A stretch of 64,000 nucleotides of DNA, from assembly GCA_009786285.1 (NCBI GenBank), contig WQTK01000339.1, forward strand, positions 8,061-72,060, read 5' to 3'. The position numbers and the translations under genes are program-made. The notes beneath the pieces were generated by a model. It was not told the DNA's origin, did no database searches, and saw only the letters and a program-made list of their open reading frames with translations. Source of the stretch: Candidatus Fibrimonadales bacterium (lineage in GTDB: Bacteria > Fibrobacterota > Fibrobacteria > Fibrobacterales > Fibrobacteraceae). Shown piece by piece: positions 29,790 to 39,502 of the stretch (positions within the stretch are counted from its first letter, which is position 1; each line of letters opens with the position of its first letter).

Positions 29790-30825
29790 TGATTAATTTT
29801 GACCCTATTTTGCCGGCAAAAACATCGCCGTTTTTGCTTGCGGAAAAAACAATGGCTAACTTATAGCTATGATTTGCGAAATCAGGCTCGCTTTTATAGT
29901 TATTGAGAGTCAATTCAAATGGTTGAAATTCATCTCCTTCTGTTTCCGAGCAATTAGGCAAACGGCCTGTTGCTATAACCAAATTAGATTTATCAATATC
30001 TTTAACCGATAGGGTTATGTTTGATTCGCTCCTGTAAAAATGGGCGTAAATGTTGCAAGAGTCGTTTCTGCCGGGTTCCGGTACGCCTTTACTCATAAAA
30101 ACTCCGGGCCCTTCCTTGTATTTGTAATAGCCTTTTATGCTTTTCGGCTTGGCCGTATACATTCGTCCAACTTCTGTTGCGGCTAACTCATCGGATATGG
30201 CTTTTGATACATTGAAGTTTCCAAGAAAAAAATTCCCGGAGAACAAATATACTTCTCGCCCAAACACGTTGCCGCCTTCCAATGTTTCCAAAAGCACTGC
30301 GCCTCCGTAAATATCAGTTGTGTCTCTTGTAGGGTAGCTTTTTGGATTTTCAGCATCTCTTTCTAGTATTTGAAGGGCCATTTTAATGCCGGGATTTCCG
30401 CTTGACCAGCTTGAGTTTGAGTCTGATGGAGAGTAGTACCCGTTTGTTATGCCCCAGCTTTCAAAACTGTACTTTCGCCGCGCTATGTCTATATAAACTC
30501 TGTAACTTCTCTGTTCGCCGTTTTCTGCTGTGACCGTATACAGAAAGTCTTTGTCTGTCCAGTTTCCGCCGCTATTTGTTAGCGTGGCATTTTCCGAACA
30601 CTTGATATTAGAGGGCTGGGCAGCCAAAATGCTTTCATAGTTTTCCGGAAACACAAATATGTAAATCTGATTCAGGTCGTTTCTTATTTCAGCGCTTATG
30701 TTCGCGACTTTAAACTCTTCAATGTAGTTTTCGCTGCTCTTAACTTCGCTATCCGAAGAGCAAGAACAAAAGACCCCGGCACAAACTAAAATCATTATAA
30801 ATTTTTTCATATTCCTAATATACAA
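29761..30825 (-). CDS. PCMD-domain lipoprotein
   Basis: Lipobox FCSC and the PCMD-like segment AKPKSIKGYYKYKEG. Confidence 0.55.
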   Translation of the reverse strand: MYIRNMKKFIMILVCAGVFCSCSSDSEVKSSENYIEEFKVANISAEIRNDLNQIYIFVFPENYESILAAQPSNIKCSENATLTNSGGNWTDKDFLYTVTAENGEQRSYRVYIDIARRKYSFESWGITNGYYSPSDSNSSWSSGNPGIKMALQILERDAENPKSYPTRDTTDIYGGAVLLETLEGGNVFGREVYLFSGNFFLGNFNVSKAISDELAATEVGRMYTAKPKSIKGYYKYKEGPGVFMSKGVPEPGRNDSCNIYAHFYRSESNITLSVKDIDKSNLVIATGRLPNCSETEGDEFQPFELTLNNYKSEPDFANHSYKLAIVFSASKNGDVFAGKIGSKLIIDEIEITDY

Positions 30826-31493
30826 TTATCTTTTTTCCCCAAAGCCTTCAAAGCCTCTTTTGCGGCGTTTTGCTCTGCTTCCTTTTTGGAAAAGCCGGTA
30901 CCTTGCCCAAGCCGTTTGCTGCTTACTTTAACCGCCATCTTGAACTTTCTCTTGTGAATTTCCCCCCATTCGCCAAGAGCCTCATATGCAGGAGCTCCCA
31001 ACCCAAGCTCTTGGGTTTTCTCATTCAGGAGCGTTTTGGGGTTTTGGAAAATATCGCTTTTCAGAATTTCGTCTTCTTTGGAGAACAGAAACTTTAAAAG
31101 TATTTCCCTGCATTTTTCAATGCCTGCGTCCAGATAAACCGCGCCAATCAACGCCTCGAAAACATCTGCCAAAAGGGCGGGGTTTTCTTTGTCCACTTCT
31201 TTCGCTGTTATTAAATGCGAGTGCAGTTTTAAGCGTTTAGCCACACGTGCAAGAGCTGCGCCGCTCACAATGGCAGATTTCTTTTTTGAGAGCAGTCCTT
31301 CGCTCTCATTGCCGTACTTCAAAAACAAAAATTCCGCTGTCAAAAAACTGACAACGGAATCGCCGAAAAATTCCAATCGCTCATAAGTTTCGCAATTCGA
31401 AATTCCCTGTTTGCAAGAGCTATGAGTAAAAGCTTGCTTTAACAAGCTTTTATTCTTAAAGGAGCAATTTATGGCCTGCTCCAGTTTTTGCAT
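30807..31493 (-). CDS. rnc: ribonuclease III
   Basis: The ERLEFFGDSVV signature and a C-terminal dsRBD (GTGFSKKEAEQNAAKEAL). Confidence 0.9.
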   Translation of the reverse strand: MQKLEQAINCSFKNKSLLKQAFTHSSCKQGISNCETYERLEFFGDSVVSFLTAEFLFLKYGNESEGLLSKKKSAIVSGAALARVAKRLKLHSHLITAKEVDKENPALLADVFEALIGAVYLDAGIEKCREILLKFLFSKEDEILKSDIFQNPKTLLNEKTQELGLGAPAYEALGEWGEIHKRKFKMAVKVSSKRLGQGTGFSKKEAEQNAAKEALKALGKKDNCILGI

Positions 31494-31732
31494 TATTGCT
31501 TTTCTTCCAGAAACTTTATAACATCGCCGACGGTTTGGAATTTTTCCGACTCAGTATCGGGAATTTCAACCTTGAATTCGTCTTCCAAGCCCATTATGAG
31601 TTCAGTGCGATCCAAAGAATCCGCTCCTAGGTCTGCTGTAAAAGAAGCCCCTTCTACAATTTGCTCTTCCTTGACTTCTAGTTTTTCAAGGATGACTTTT
31701 TTAACTCTGCTGGCAATCTCTTCATTAGCCAT
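31493..31732 (-). CDS. acpP: acyl carrier protein
   Basis: The LGADSLD phosphopantetheine site; 79 aa. Confidence 0.95.
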   Translation of the reverse strand: MANEEIASRVKKVILEKLEVKEEQIVEGASFTADLGADSLDRTELIMGLEDEFKVEIPDTESEKFQTVGDVIKFLEEKQ

Positions 31733-31781
31733 TTTCTTCTCCTTTTATAAGGTTGATACATTCAAATGAAAATATAGAAAA

Positions 31782-32522
31782 TTATGCACCCAAGCCACCG
31801 TCAACGCCAAGCACTTGGCCTGTTATGTATGCGGCCTCGTCTGAGGCTAGGAATGCCACTGCGTTAGCCACGTCCCTAGGATTGCCCAAATCTTTCAGCG
31901 GAATAGCTTCTTTGTACTTGGCTATAACCTCAGGGGCAAGCTTGTCTGTCATGGCGGTTTTTATAAAGCCCGGAGCTATGGCGTTGACTGTTACGCCACG
32001 AGCCGCAAACTCCATGGCATTGGATTTTGTAAGACCTATTATACCGGCTTTGGAGGCTGCGTAGTTGGATTGCCCGGCTTGGCACCGGATGCCGTTTATG
32101 GAAGCCATGTTTATTATGCGGCCTGAGCGGTTGCGCATAAGATGCGAGCTTATAGCCTTGGTGCATATGAACGCAGAGCGCAGGTTAACGCCCAAAACGG
32201 CATCAAAATCTTCCTGTTTCATGCGAATAATCAGGTTATCGCGGGTTATTCCGGCATTGTTCACTAAAATATCAATTTTGCCAAAATCTGCTAAAATTTG
32301 CTTGAATGTTTCGTCAACAGCTTCGGGGCTAGATACGTCGCAGGCGTAGCCTTTGCAGGTGACTCCGAATGCTTCAACCTCTTTTATTGAGGAGAGGTCG
32401 CCGAGCTGGATGTCCAGGATTGCGACGTTAGCTCCGTTCTCCGCTAAAACTTTTGAAATTTCCAACCCTATGCCACGGGTAGCTCCGGTAACAATGGCAT
32501 TCTTGCCTTTCAAATTTATCAT
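31782..32522 (-). CDS. fabG: 3-oxoacyl-ACP reductase
   Basis: TGATRGIG, NNAGI and YAASKAG (the SDR catalytic motif), directly upstream of acpP. Confidence 0.9.
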   Translation of the reverse strand: MINLKGKNAIVTGATRGIGLEISKVLAENGANVAILDIQLGDLSSIKEVEAFGVTCKGYACDVSSPEAVDETFKQILADFGKIDILVNNAGITRDNLIIRMKQEDFDAVLGVNLRSAFICTKAISSHLMRNRSGRIINMASINGIRCQAGQSNYAASKAGIIGLTKSNAMEFAARGVTVNAIAPGFIKTAMTDKLAPEVIAKYKEAIPLKDLGNPRDVANAVAFLASDEAAYITGQVLGVDGGLGA

Positions 32523-32559
32523 GGCATTAATATAGTAAATTTTTTATATTACCCCAAAT

Positions 32560-34395
32560 ATGATTACCGTTAGAAAATTATCGCTATTTTCCGCATCAAT
32601 CGCAGCAATGTTTTCGCTTGCGCTTTCTCAAAATATAATAGGCGTTGTGCCTATCACAGTCAATGTAGACGCACAAGCTGTAGCTTTTGACCCGGATGGG
32701 GAAGCGGCTGGGCAAGTTGTGCTTGCTGCCGGCATTGAGAGTAATTTGCCGGTATATTTGCTTGCTGAAATCACGCCAATCACAAATAAAAGCAAATCCC
32801 GGTTTTTTCTGCCAAACGCAAGCGAAAGCTCTGAAATCAAGCTTGCAGGGCTAAATGGCAAGGTTCTGGGAATCAACAAGTTTGATTTTGACATTCCGGC
32901 AGGAATTTATTTGGTTACAGCAAAGAGCAAAAACAGTGGTTCCTTTGTTCAAAAATTTTATCATAAAGGCGGGAATTTAAGCATTTCCGCAAATAATGCC
33001 GGTACGCAAATACTAAAAAAAACAGGGGATCAATATTCCATAAAAATATCGCCAAATGACCAAAAAAAATATCGTGATACCATTGTTTTTACGACAATCA
33101 ATGAGGGTGTTAACCCAGCTATAAACATTGTGTTTACGAGCATTTCCCTGTGCGCAGGCAAGAATAACGCAACTCAAATATGCGACGAGCGAGATGGTAA
33201 TACATACAAAATTGTCACCATAGGCTCATATACTTGGATGGCGAAGAATTTGAATTACAATGCTTCAGATAGTTATTGCCACAACGTGAATGATGCGAAC
33301 TGCGTGAAATACGGGCGTTTATACAACTGGCCCACGGCTATGAACCTTGCTGCCACTTGCAGAACCAATTCTTGCGTTGCCCAAGTGCAATCCAATCATA
33401 AAGGCATTTGCCCTGAAGGGTGGCATATTCCCAGTGACGCTGAATTGACGGCATTGACAAATTATGTAGGTACTACGCCAGGAACCAAGCTGAAGGCAAC
33501 GAGTGGCTGGAAAGCTCATGCAACTTACGGAAACGGTACGGATGACTATGGTTTTTCGGCCTTGCCTGGTGGTTACGGCTTTTTTGATGGCAGTTCTATC
33601 AAATTCTACAATATCGACAGCTCCGGCAATTGGTGGAGTAGCTCCGAGAATGGTGCAACTGTCGCCTCTTATCGAAGCATGAATTACGACCGCAATACTG
33701 TATATAGTGATAACCGCAACAAGTCCTACCTGTACTCCGTGCGTTGTTTGCAAGATTATGAGACTGTTGAACCTTCTTCCAGCAGCGCAGCTTTAAGCAG
33801 CAGTTCATACAAAACGGTTGTTATAGGCACTCAAACCTGGATGGCAGAGAATTTGAATTACGACGTCCCAAATAATACAACAGATGTTTGTTACGGTGAT
33901 AAATCAAGCAATTGCAATAAATACGGGCGTTTATATGACTGGGTCACAGCTATGGATCTTCCTTCTCATTGCGAATCCGGTACCTGCAAAGATATTATAA
34001 CAGCCAAGTGGCGAGGTATTTGCCCATCTGGGTGGCACATTCCCAGCGATGCGGAATGGACAACATTGATAAATTATGTAGGCAGTTCACCGGGAAAGAA
34101 ATTAAAAACGACTAGCGGCTGGAATTTCAGCGAATACGACGGGCACTTTGACGGCAACGGCACGAACGATTACAGTTTTTCGGCTCTACCGGGCGGTTCT
34201 TGTGATAACAACAACGTTTGCATTCTTGAGGGCAGCAGCGGCTACTGGTGGACCAGTTCAGAATATAGTGCTACCGGTGCCTATTTTCGACATATGTATT
34301 ATTCCTATACCAGCGTGGAAGGCAACGGCAATGTTGACGGAGGGTCTGACGGCAAAATTTCCAGCAAGTTCTCCGTGCGTTGCGTGAAAGATTAA
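32560..34395 (+). CDS. secreted protein with two FISUMP (Fibrobacter succinogenes major paralogous) domains
   Basis: A signal peptide. The pattern WMAxNLNY...YGRLYxW..A...CPxGWHIPSDAEW...LPGG...VRC occurs twice. Confidence 0.8.
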   Translation: MITVRKLSLFSASIAAMFSLALSQNIIGVVPITVNVDAQAVAFDPDGEAAGQVVLAAGIESNLPVYLLAEITPITNKSKSRFFLPNASESSEIKLAGLNGKVLGINKFDFDIPAGIYLVTAKSKNSGSFVQKFYHKGGNLSISANNAGTQILKKTGDQYSIKISPNDQKKYRDTIVFTTINEGVNPAINIVFTSISLCAGKNNATQICDERDGNTYKIVTIGSYTWMAKNLNYNASDSYCHNVNDANCVKYGRLYNWPTAMNLAATCRTNSCVAQVQSNHKGICPEGWHIPSDAELTALTNYVGTTPGTKLKATSGWKAHATYGNGTDDYGFSALPGGYGFFDGSSIKFYNIDSSGNWWSSSENGATVASYRSMNYDRNTVYSDNRNKSYLYSVRCLQDYETVEPSSSSAALSSSSYKTVVIGTQTWMAENLNYDVPNNTTDVCYGDKSSNCNKYGRLYDWVTAMDLPSHCESGTCKDIITAKWRGICPSGWHIPSDAEWTTLINYVGSSPGKKLKTTSGWNFSEYDGHFDGNGTNDYSFSALPGGSCDNNNVCILEGSSGYWWTSSEYSATGAYFRHMYYSYTSVEGNGNVDGGSDGKISSKFSVRCVKD

Positions 34396-34411
34396 CCGCC
34401 AGAGAATAAAT

Positions 34412-34873
34412 CTATATCGCGTTTCCCAAATGTTGCAGGCCGATTTTTATTTTTTTTCTGACATTATCGATGTTATAGCCGAAAATATGCGAAATATCTT
34501 CTATGCTCCAGCCTTCCCCATAGTGAAGTTCAACAAACAACTGGGAAAGAGGGCAGGGCACTTGAGAAATATCATTCACTTCCCATACGGGATATTCTCT
34601 ATCGTAAAAACAAAGGTTTCCGGCAGATTTGCTCCCATTCAACACCATCTGTTGCCGCTTTTCATCTCTGAAATAATCCATGCAGCAACGAAATGTTATA
34701 GTGTAAAGCCATGTTTTTATTGAAGAGTGTTTTTTGAAAGATTCTTTAAAGTAGACTATCCTTAGAAAAACTTCCTGTCGAATGTCTTCCGCCACAGCGC
34801 TGTTATTAACATAACGCCGCACCACTTTAAGCACAAATTCCGAGTTATCCTGCCAGAGCTTGGATACGTTCAT
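34412..34873 (-). CDS. ECF-type RNA polymerase sigma-70 family factor
   Basis: Region 2 (VAEDIRQEVFLRIV, WLYTITFRCCMDYFR) and region 4 (WSIEDISHIFGYNIDNVRKKI). The internal start is MNVSKLW. Confidence 0.7.
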   Translation of the reverse strand: MNVSKLWQDNSEFVLKVVRRYVNNSAVAEDIRQEVFLRIVYFKESFKKHSSIKTWLYTITFRCCMDYFRDEKRQQMVLNGSKSAGNLCFYDREYPVWEVNDISQVPCPLSQLFVELHYGEGWSIEDISHIFGYNIDNVRKKIKIGLQHLGNAI

Positions 34874-34942
34874 AAGAACTCCTTTTTTAAATTGACTCCC
34901 CCAATTATATATTATTATTGGGCAATTTTGGCTTTTTCCCTT

Positions 34943-34995
34943 CATTTTGCAAACATATGTTTACGTTTTCGAGCATTTTGCAAACATATGTTTAC
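34943..34995 (+). promoter_or_regulatory. two direct copies (31-bp period) of the 22-bp motif CATTTTGCAAACATATGTTTAC in the divergent sigma/lipoprotein intergenic region
   Basis: The copies at 34943-34964 and 34974-34995 are identical. A TAAATTTG box (35004-35011) follows, and the ATG is at 35017. Confidence 0.55.
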
Positions 34996-35016
34996 ATTTT
35001 TTCTAAATTTGCGTTA

Positions 35017-35625
35017 ATGCCATTATTATTATTGCCGCTGTTTTTTCTGTTTCTAGCCTCCTGTTCAGATAATTTATTATACAACGAGGCAGCGCCGCAT
35101 GTGTCTATTAAAATTTTAAGCCCGCTTCGCGACACAACTATTTTAGCAGGGAATTCCATGGATTTTGAAGCGGAAATAGAGCCTTCAATTACCAACATAG
35201 GCAATTTTTACTGGAGCATAGATTCCAGAGCCAGGCCATATCCCGGATTGCGAACCAAAGAAACTTTTGACTCAACCGGAATTTACAACGCCAAATTTTA
35301 CGCAGTGGATTTTTTGGGAGACACGTTAAGCTCCAAAAATGTAACCATAAAAGTTTCAAATATGCCTGTTTGCGACAGCCTCAGCTTGGAAATTTTTTAT
35401 GGTTCTCCGATTTTCAAATGGAATTGCTACGATCTGGACAACGACAAGCTCACTTACACTTTTTTATTGAAAAATAAAAACAAAACCATAATCAACACCG
35501 TTTTGCAAGAAAATTCCATGCAACTTGGCTATGCATTGCCAAACGACCAATGGGAAGTTCGCATAACCGCCACAAATAGTTTTGGTTTCAAAGCCGAGTT
35601 GGATTCTGCGTGGAGCGCTCCATGA
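35017..35625 (+). CDS. lipoprotein, hypothetical (Ig/PKD-like beta-rich)
   Basis: Lipobox LASC at the internal start MPLLLLPLFF. Confidence 0.5.
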   Translation: MPLLLLPLFFLFLASCSDNLLYNEAAPHVSIKILSPLRDTTILAGNSMDFEAEIEPSITNIGNFYWSIDSRARPYPGLRTKETFDSTGIYNAKFYAVDFLGDTLSSKNVTIKVSNMPVCDSLSLEIFYGSPIFKWNCYDLDNDKLTYTFLLKNKNKTIINTVLQENSMQLGYALPNDQWEVRITATNSFGFKAELDSAWSAP

Positions 35626-36203
35626 AAAAAATTATAATTCTAGCTTTTCTAATGGCAATCTCGTGCTCAAACAGCGATAAATTCAGCGGTGAAAAAAGCC
35701 TTGAAATAAGGATAGAAGGCATTCCTTACATTATAAGGGGAAAAGAATTGTCTCTGTTTGCAAGCATTCACCCGGATTCCGATTATCTCATGGATTATTT
35801 TTGGATTATAAACGGCGATACAACTCATTCTGATACGCACATCATAGACTATGGCGAGCATATTGTAAAACTCGTTGTGGTGGATATTTTCGGGGATTCT
35901 GTGACTGATAGCATACTTATTTACCTGCCAATGCAGATTGAAGTCGAATTGTTTTCTCCGATAGACGGATTTTCAGATTTTTTAGAAACAGACACGCTGA
36001 AATTTCAGTATAAAACAAGCGGCGCGGAAAATCATTTTCTTTACGTTTCAACAGATGAAAAAACTTTATGGGAAGAGGAAAATATTTTGGCGAGCGAAAT
36101 TCTGGAACCGCCTCTTTCCGATATTTATTTTTGGGGCATTAAAGCGTTCACGGAAAAAGACACGGTTTTTTCAAAAAAAAGGTGCATAGGCAAGTACTGC
36201 TAA
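35622..36203 (+). CDS. lipoprotein, hypothetical
   Basis: MKKIIILAFLMAISC lipobox, and an ATGA overlap with the upstream stop. Confidence 0.5.
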   Translation: MKKIIILAFLMAISCSNSDKFSGEKSLEIRIEGIPYIIRGKELSLFASIHPDSDYLMDYFWIINGDTTHSDTHIIDYGEHIVKLVVVDIFGDSVTDSILIYLPMQIEVELFSPIDGFSDFLETDTLKFQYKTSGAENHFLYVSTDEKTLWEEENILASEILEPPLSDIYFWGIKAFTEKDTVFSKKRCIGKYC

Positions 36204-36212
36204 GGAGACATT

Positions 36213-37424
36213 ATGAAAAAAATATTTCTATTTCTAACAATTGCACTTGGCGTGGCAAATGCGGCGCCTCTTTTAATGCTGCCATTGGAAACAGATGTTG
36301 ACAGCAGTCTTTCTGCTTTGTGGGAGAATTCCATTGCGCAAATTTTGAAAGAGGCCGCTTTTGATCCGGTGAAAATAGAGCAGGGATATTTTGCCGAGTG
36401 CGAAAACATCGAGTGCGCGGTATCTGCGGCGAGGGCAGCCGGAGCGCAGGGGCTATTCAGGGGGCGTTTGCGCGCAGAAGGCAAAGACTCCATTGGCATA
36501 AGGCTTCGCATAGACTGGCTTGCCGGGAATTCAAATCCGCAAGCGGACATTCAAGGCACGGTTCCGCTTGCGTGGGACGAAACTCTTAAAAGCGGAATTA
36601 TCCTGAAATTGCTCTCAGGAGTAACTGGAAAGCACGCAGACGTTGAATATACGGGAAAAAGAAGCACTGTTATAAGCGTTGAAACCAATCCTGAGCATGC
36701 GGTTGTTATGCTGAACGACATTGCAGTTTGCCAATCTCCATGCTCGTTTTCAGACAGCGGCACCATGGCGCAAATAGCTGCATATTGGCAGACAAACGAC
36801 AACTTGTGGGCGGCAAAGAGACTTGTAAAACTGAGCGACGACACCACAAAAGTTTTTTTGGAATTGAAACGTTCCTACGCAGAAACGGAAATCCGCACAA
36901 ACCCTGGCAACGCCTTGGTTTTTTCTCCGGGAATTTTAGACGCAAGCTCAAAGCTTCTGGGCAAAACGCCTTACAAAGCGCAGGGCTTGCCCGGAGAAAC
37001 GCAAATAAGGCTTTTTCACAAGGGCTACATTGACACTTTGCTCAACGTGAAAATTGATGCTTTAGACAAACAAATTCAGTTTGTCCAATTAACGCCAATC
37101 GCAGACCCGCAGAAAATTTCCGACCAAAATCTGATAGCAAAGAGCCAAACCAAAAGAAACATAGGGTTTAGCCTTTTGGGCGGGAGTGTTGGTCCTTTGG
37201 CGGGCGGCATTCTTCTTTGCGTTCTTGCGCAGGATGATTACCAAAAGGCGAGGGATATAAAAAAAGAGTTGCAACAGCCTTATATTGGCGGAGAGAATTT
37301 CAAAGCAAAAATAAATGAAAATCACAAAGCCGTTGATGACGGCAATTTAAAAACCGGCATTGGAGCTGGTTTAATAGGGCTTTCGCTGTTGCTCGCCGGA
37401 ATAGGATTTTCAATGAGTTTCTAA
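36213..37424 (+). CDS. PEGA-domain protein with a C-terminal membrane anchor
   Basis: A signal peptide, two PEGA-like segments (VETNPEHAVVMLND; IRTNPGNALVFSPG...GKTPY) and C-terminal TM helices. Confidence 0.55.
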   Translation: MKKIFLFLTIALGVANAAPLLMLPLETDVDSSLSALWENSIAQILKEAAFDPVKIEQGYFAECENIECAVSAARAAGAQGLFRGRLRAEGKDSIGIRLRIDWLAGNSNPQADIQGTVPLAWDETLKSGIILKLLSGVTGKHADVEYTGKRSTVISVETNPEHAVVMLNDIAVCQSPCSFSDSGTMAQIAAYWQTNDNLWAAKRLVKLSDDTTKVFLELKRSYAETEIRTNPGNALVFSPGILDASSKLLGKTPYKAQGLPGETQIRLFHKGYIDTLLNVKIDALDKQIQFVQLTPIADPQKISDQNLIAKSQTKRNIGFSLLGGSVGPLAGGILLCVLAQDDYQKARDIKKELQQPYIGGENFKAKINENHKAVDDGNLKTGIGAGLIGLSLLLAGIGFSMSF

Positions 37425-37427
37425 AAC

Positions 37428-38213
37428 ATGGAGTTGGCAATGAAAACAATTGTGGTTAAAATAGGCGGGTCGCTTGCGGTAGACGAGGCTAAATTGCTGG
37501 ATTTTGCCATTGCGGCGGCAGAAATATCAAAAGAACTTCGCTTGGCCATTGTGCATGGCGGCGGCAAGGACATAAATGCGAATTTGGCGTTGCTAAACGA
37601 AGAGCCAAAATTCATAAACGGGCTTAGGGTAACAACTCCCGCCGGGATGGACATGGTAGAAATGACTCTAAGCGGCAGGGTCAATAAAAAACTCGTTAGA
37701 ATGCTGCTCTCAAACAACGCAATGGCAGCCGGAATTTCCGGCGTTGACGCAAAGCTCTTGGAAGCAAAGCCCATGCAGGGCAAAGGCGATTTAGGATCTG
37801 TTGGAGACGTAGTAAAGGTAAATGCGCAAATTTTGGAAGCGTTGTTTGCCGCAGGCATAACCCCTGTTATTTCTCCTGTATCTTATGGAGGCGGAAGCGC
37901 ATGGAATGTAAACGCAGATACCGCTGCTTCTGAAATAGCGGTTGCCTTGAAAGCGGATTGTTTTGTTTTGATAAGCGACATCAGCGGTGTTTTAGACGAA
38001 AATAAAAGGGTTATTCCGCATTTGAACAGGGAATTGGCAAACAGTTTGATTCAAAGCTCGGTTATTTCCGGCGGAATGATACCCAAAGTGCAGGGGGCGC
38101 TTGACTCCATAGACAGGGGTCTTAAGTCCATACACATAGTGGGCTGGGAAGGCGCAGAACCCTTCAAAAGACAGCTCGCAGGCAACGGAAACACCGGAAC
38201 TATTATCGGTTAG
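37428..38213 (+). CDS. argB: acetylglutamate kinase
   Basis: VVKIGGS, IVHGGG, GLRVTT and NVNADTAA. Confidence 0.9.
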   Translation: MELAMKTIVVKIGGSLAVDEAKLLDFAIAAAEISKELRLAIVHGGGKDINANLALLNEEPKFINGLRVTTPAGMDMVEMTLSGRVNKKLVRMLLSNNAMAAGISGVDAKLLEAKPMQGKGDLGSVGDVVKVNAQILEALFAAGITPVISPVSYGGGSAWNVNADTAASEIAVALKADCFVLISDISGVLDENKRVIPHLNRELANSLIQSSVISGGMIPKVQGALDSIDRGLKSIHIVGWEGAEPFKRQLAGNGNTGTIIG

Positions 38214-38440
38214 CGGGGTATTCCCAGCGAATCTGACTGGCGGATCATTGAATCTGCCTTTTTTTGCAGCATAGCTTCGGTTCCCTTGGCCTTTTCTATA
38301 AGCGCGCCATAGGAATCAACCGCTTTTTCAATAACGGCGCTTTCATTTTTTGCTTCCTTGCAGGAAATCAGCATAAAAACCGCGAAAATCAAACAATATT
38401 TGAGCATAGGGAAAAGATAGAAAGAATTTTCTCCAAGCAC
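38210..38440 (-). CDS. small lipoprotein, hypothetical
   Basis: A signal sequence with lipobox LISC. Confidence 0.4.
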   Translation of the reverse strand: MLGENSFYLFPMLKYCLIFAVFMLISCKEAKNESAVIEKAVDSYGALIEKAKGTEAMLQKKADSMIRQSDSLGIPR

Positions 38441-38577
38441 AACCGAAAAATTCTTATTTGACTGTCATTTGACAAAAAAGCCCTTTTTTGCAAAGACCCC
38501 TTGAAACTATCGGGCTCCTTATTTGACGGTTATTTGATTGCAGCAGCATTTTGTGGCATTTTTTGTATATTTTACAT

Positions 38578-39225
38578 ATGACAGATCAGCAATTGATAGA
38601 GTTTTTGGATGAATTGGTTAAAAAGCCAAACGAAAGAATTTAAAAGACTATGAATGTTTGGAGCGAAAAGCCCCTAGAGTAATAGTTTACAAGGGGAAAA
38701 ATAAAATTGAAACGCAAAGAGAACAAATTGAATTCAAGGGATACGCTATTGGATTTGAAAACTTGGTTACATGGATAAACGGACAGCTTCCAGCCAATGA
38801 AAAGTATTTATAAGCAAACTTTTTATCCTAGCAATAAGGGAAAGTTTGAAAAAGATTTTTTGGAAGCTGCGGATCAAGATTCAAAAGTTGAAAGAATAAT
38901 AAAAATAGAACACTATAGACATTTATTTGCATGTTTATATTATATTAGACAGGATGGAATGCTTGCGCCTTATTATCCAGATTTTATGCTGAAAATAGGC
39001 GATGAAATCTTTGTCGTTGAAACAAAAGGCAAAGAGAGCGGCACTTTGGATTGGATTAAAAGAATAAATGAGTTGAAACCAGATGATAGAATGAATACCG
39101 AATGGTCTTATGTTCTGTTGACGGATTCTGATTTTTATAGACATAAGAAACAAAATGCAAATATTAAAGAAATTTTGGACATTTGCAAACTTACGAGAAA
39201 TATCAGTGAAGGCGTTTTGTTTTGA
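38578..39225 (+). pseudogene. decayed remnant of a restriction-enzyme (type III Res/helicase-type) C-terminal endonuclease region
   Basis: Three consecutive reading-frame pieces are broken by stops at about 38641 and 38813. The last piece (38797-39225) keeps the motif YYPDFMLKIGDEIFVVETKG. No helicase part is present. Confidence 0.45.
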
Positions 39226-39502
39226 GGACTTGGAAATTCCCCTCTACCCAAACAACTCATCATGCGGCCCAACTCTCTGCAAAATCAACTCCTTTTTAAT
39301 TGTATTTTAATAATAGCAGTTTCTATTTCTAATTAAGCTGGTCGCATTTTATTGAACTATTGCCACTGAAATCGGATAAAGCAAGGTTATATTACGCAAA
39401 AGATGACGAGGATTGCAAAGCCGCCTCAAAGTAGAGCAAATTTGCATCGCTATTTAGCCAACCCAACCACACAGCCCCATGATATTTTTCTAAATTTAAT
39501 AC

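Noticed and set aside
32560-34395. A diversity-generating retroelement targeting the lectin-like FISUMP domains
   Set aside because: There is no reverse-transcriptase ORF in the window. I could not see a template repeat matching either FISUMP C-terminus.
36200-37858. Minus-strand ORFs at 36200-36550 and 37421-37858
   Set aside because: They are antisense to the PEGA-domain gene and to argB, both of which have clear motifs.
38441-39502. tRNA, small-RNA or retron-like ncRNA in the long non-coding stretches of accessory block 2
   Set aside because: I could trace no cloverleaf-compatible stems or long structured inverted repeats by eye, and there is no adjacent reverse transcriptase. This needs a covariance-model scan to exclude formally.
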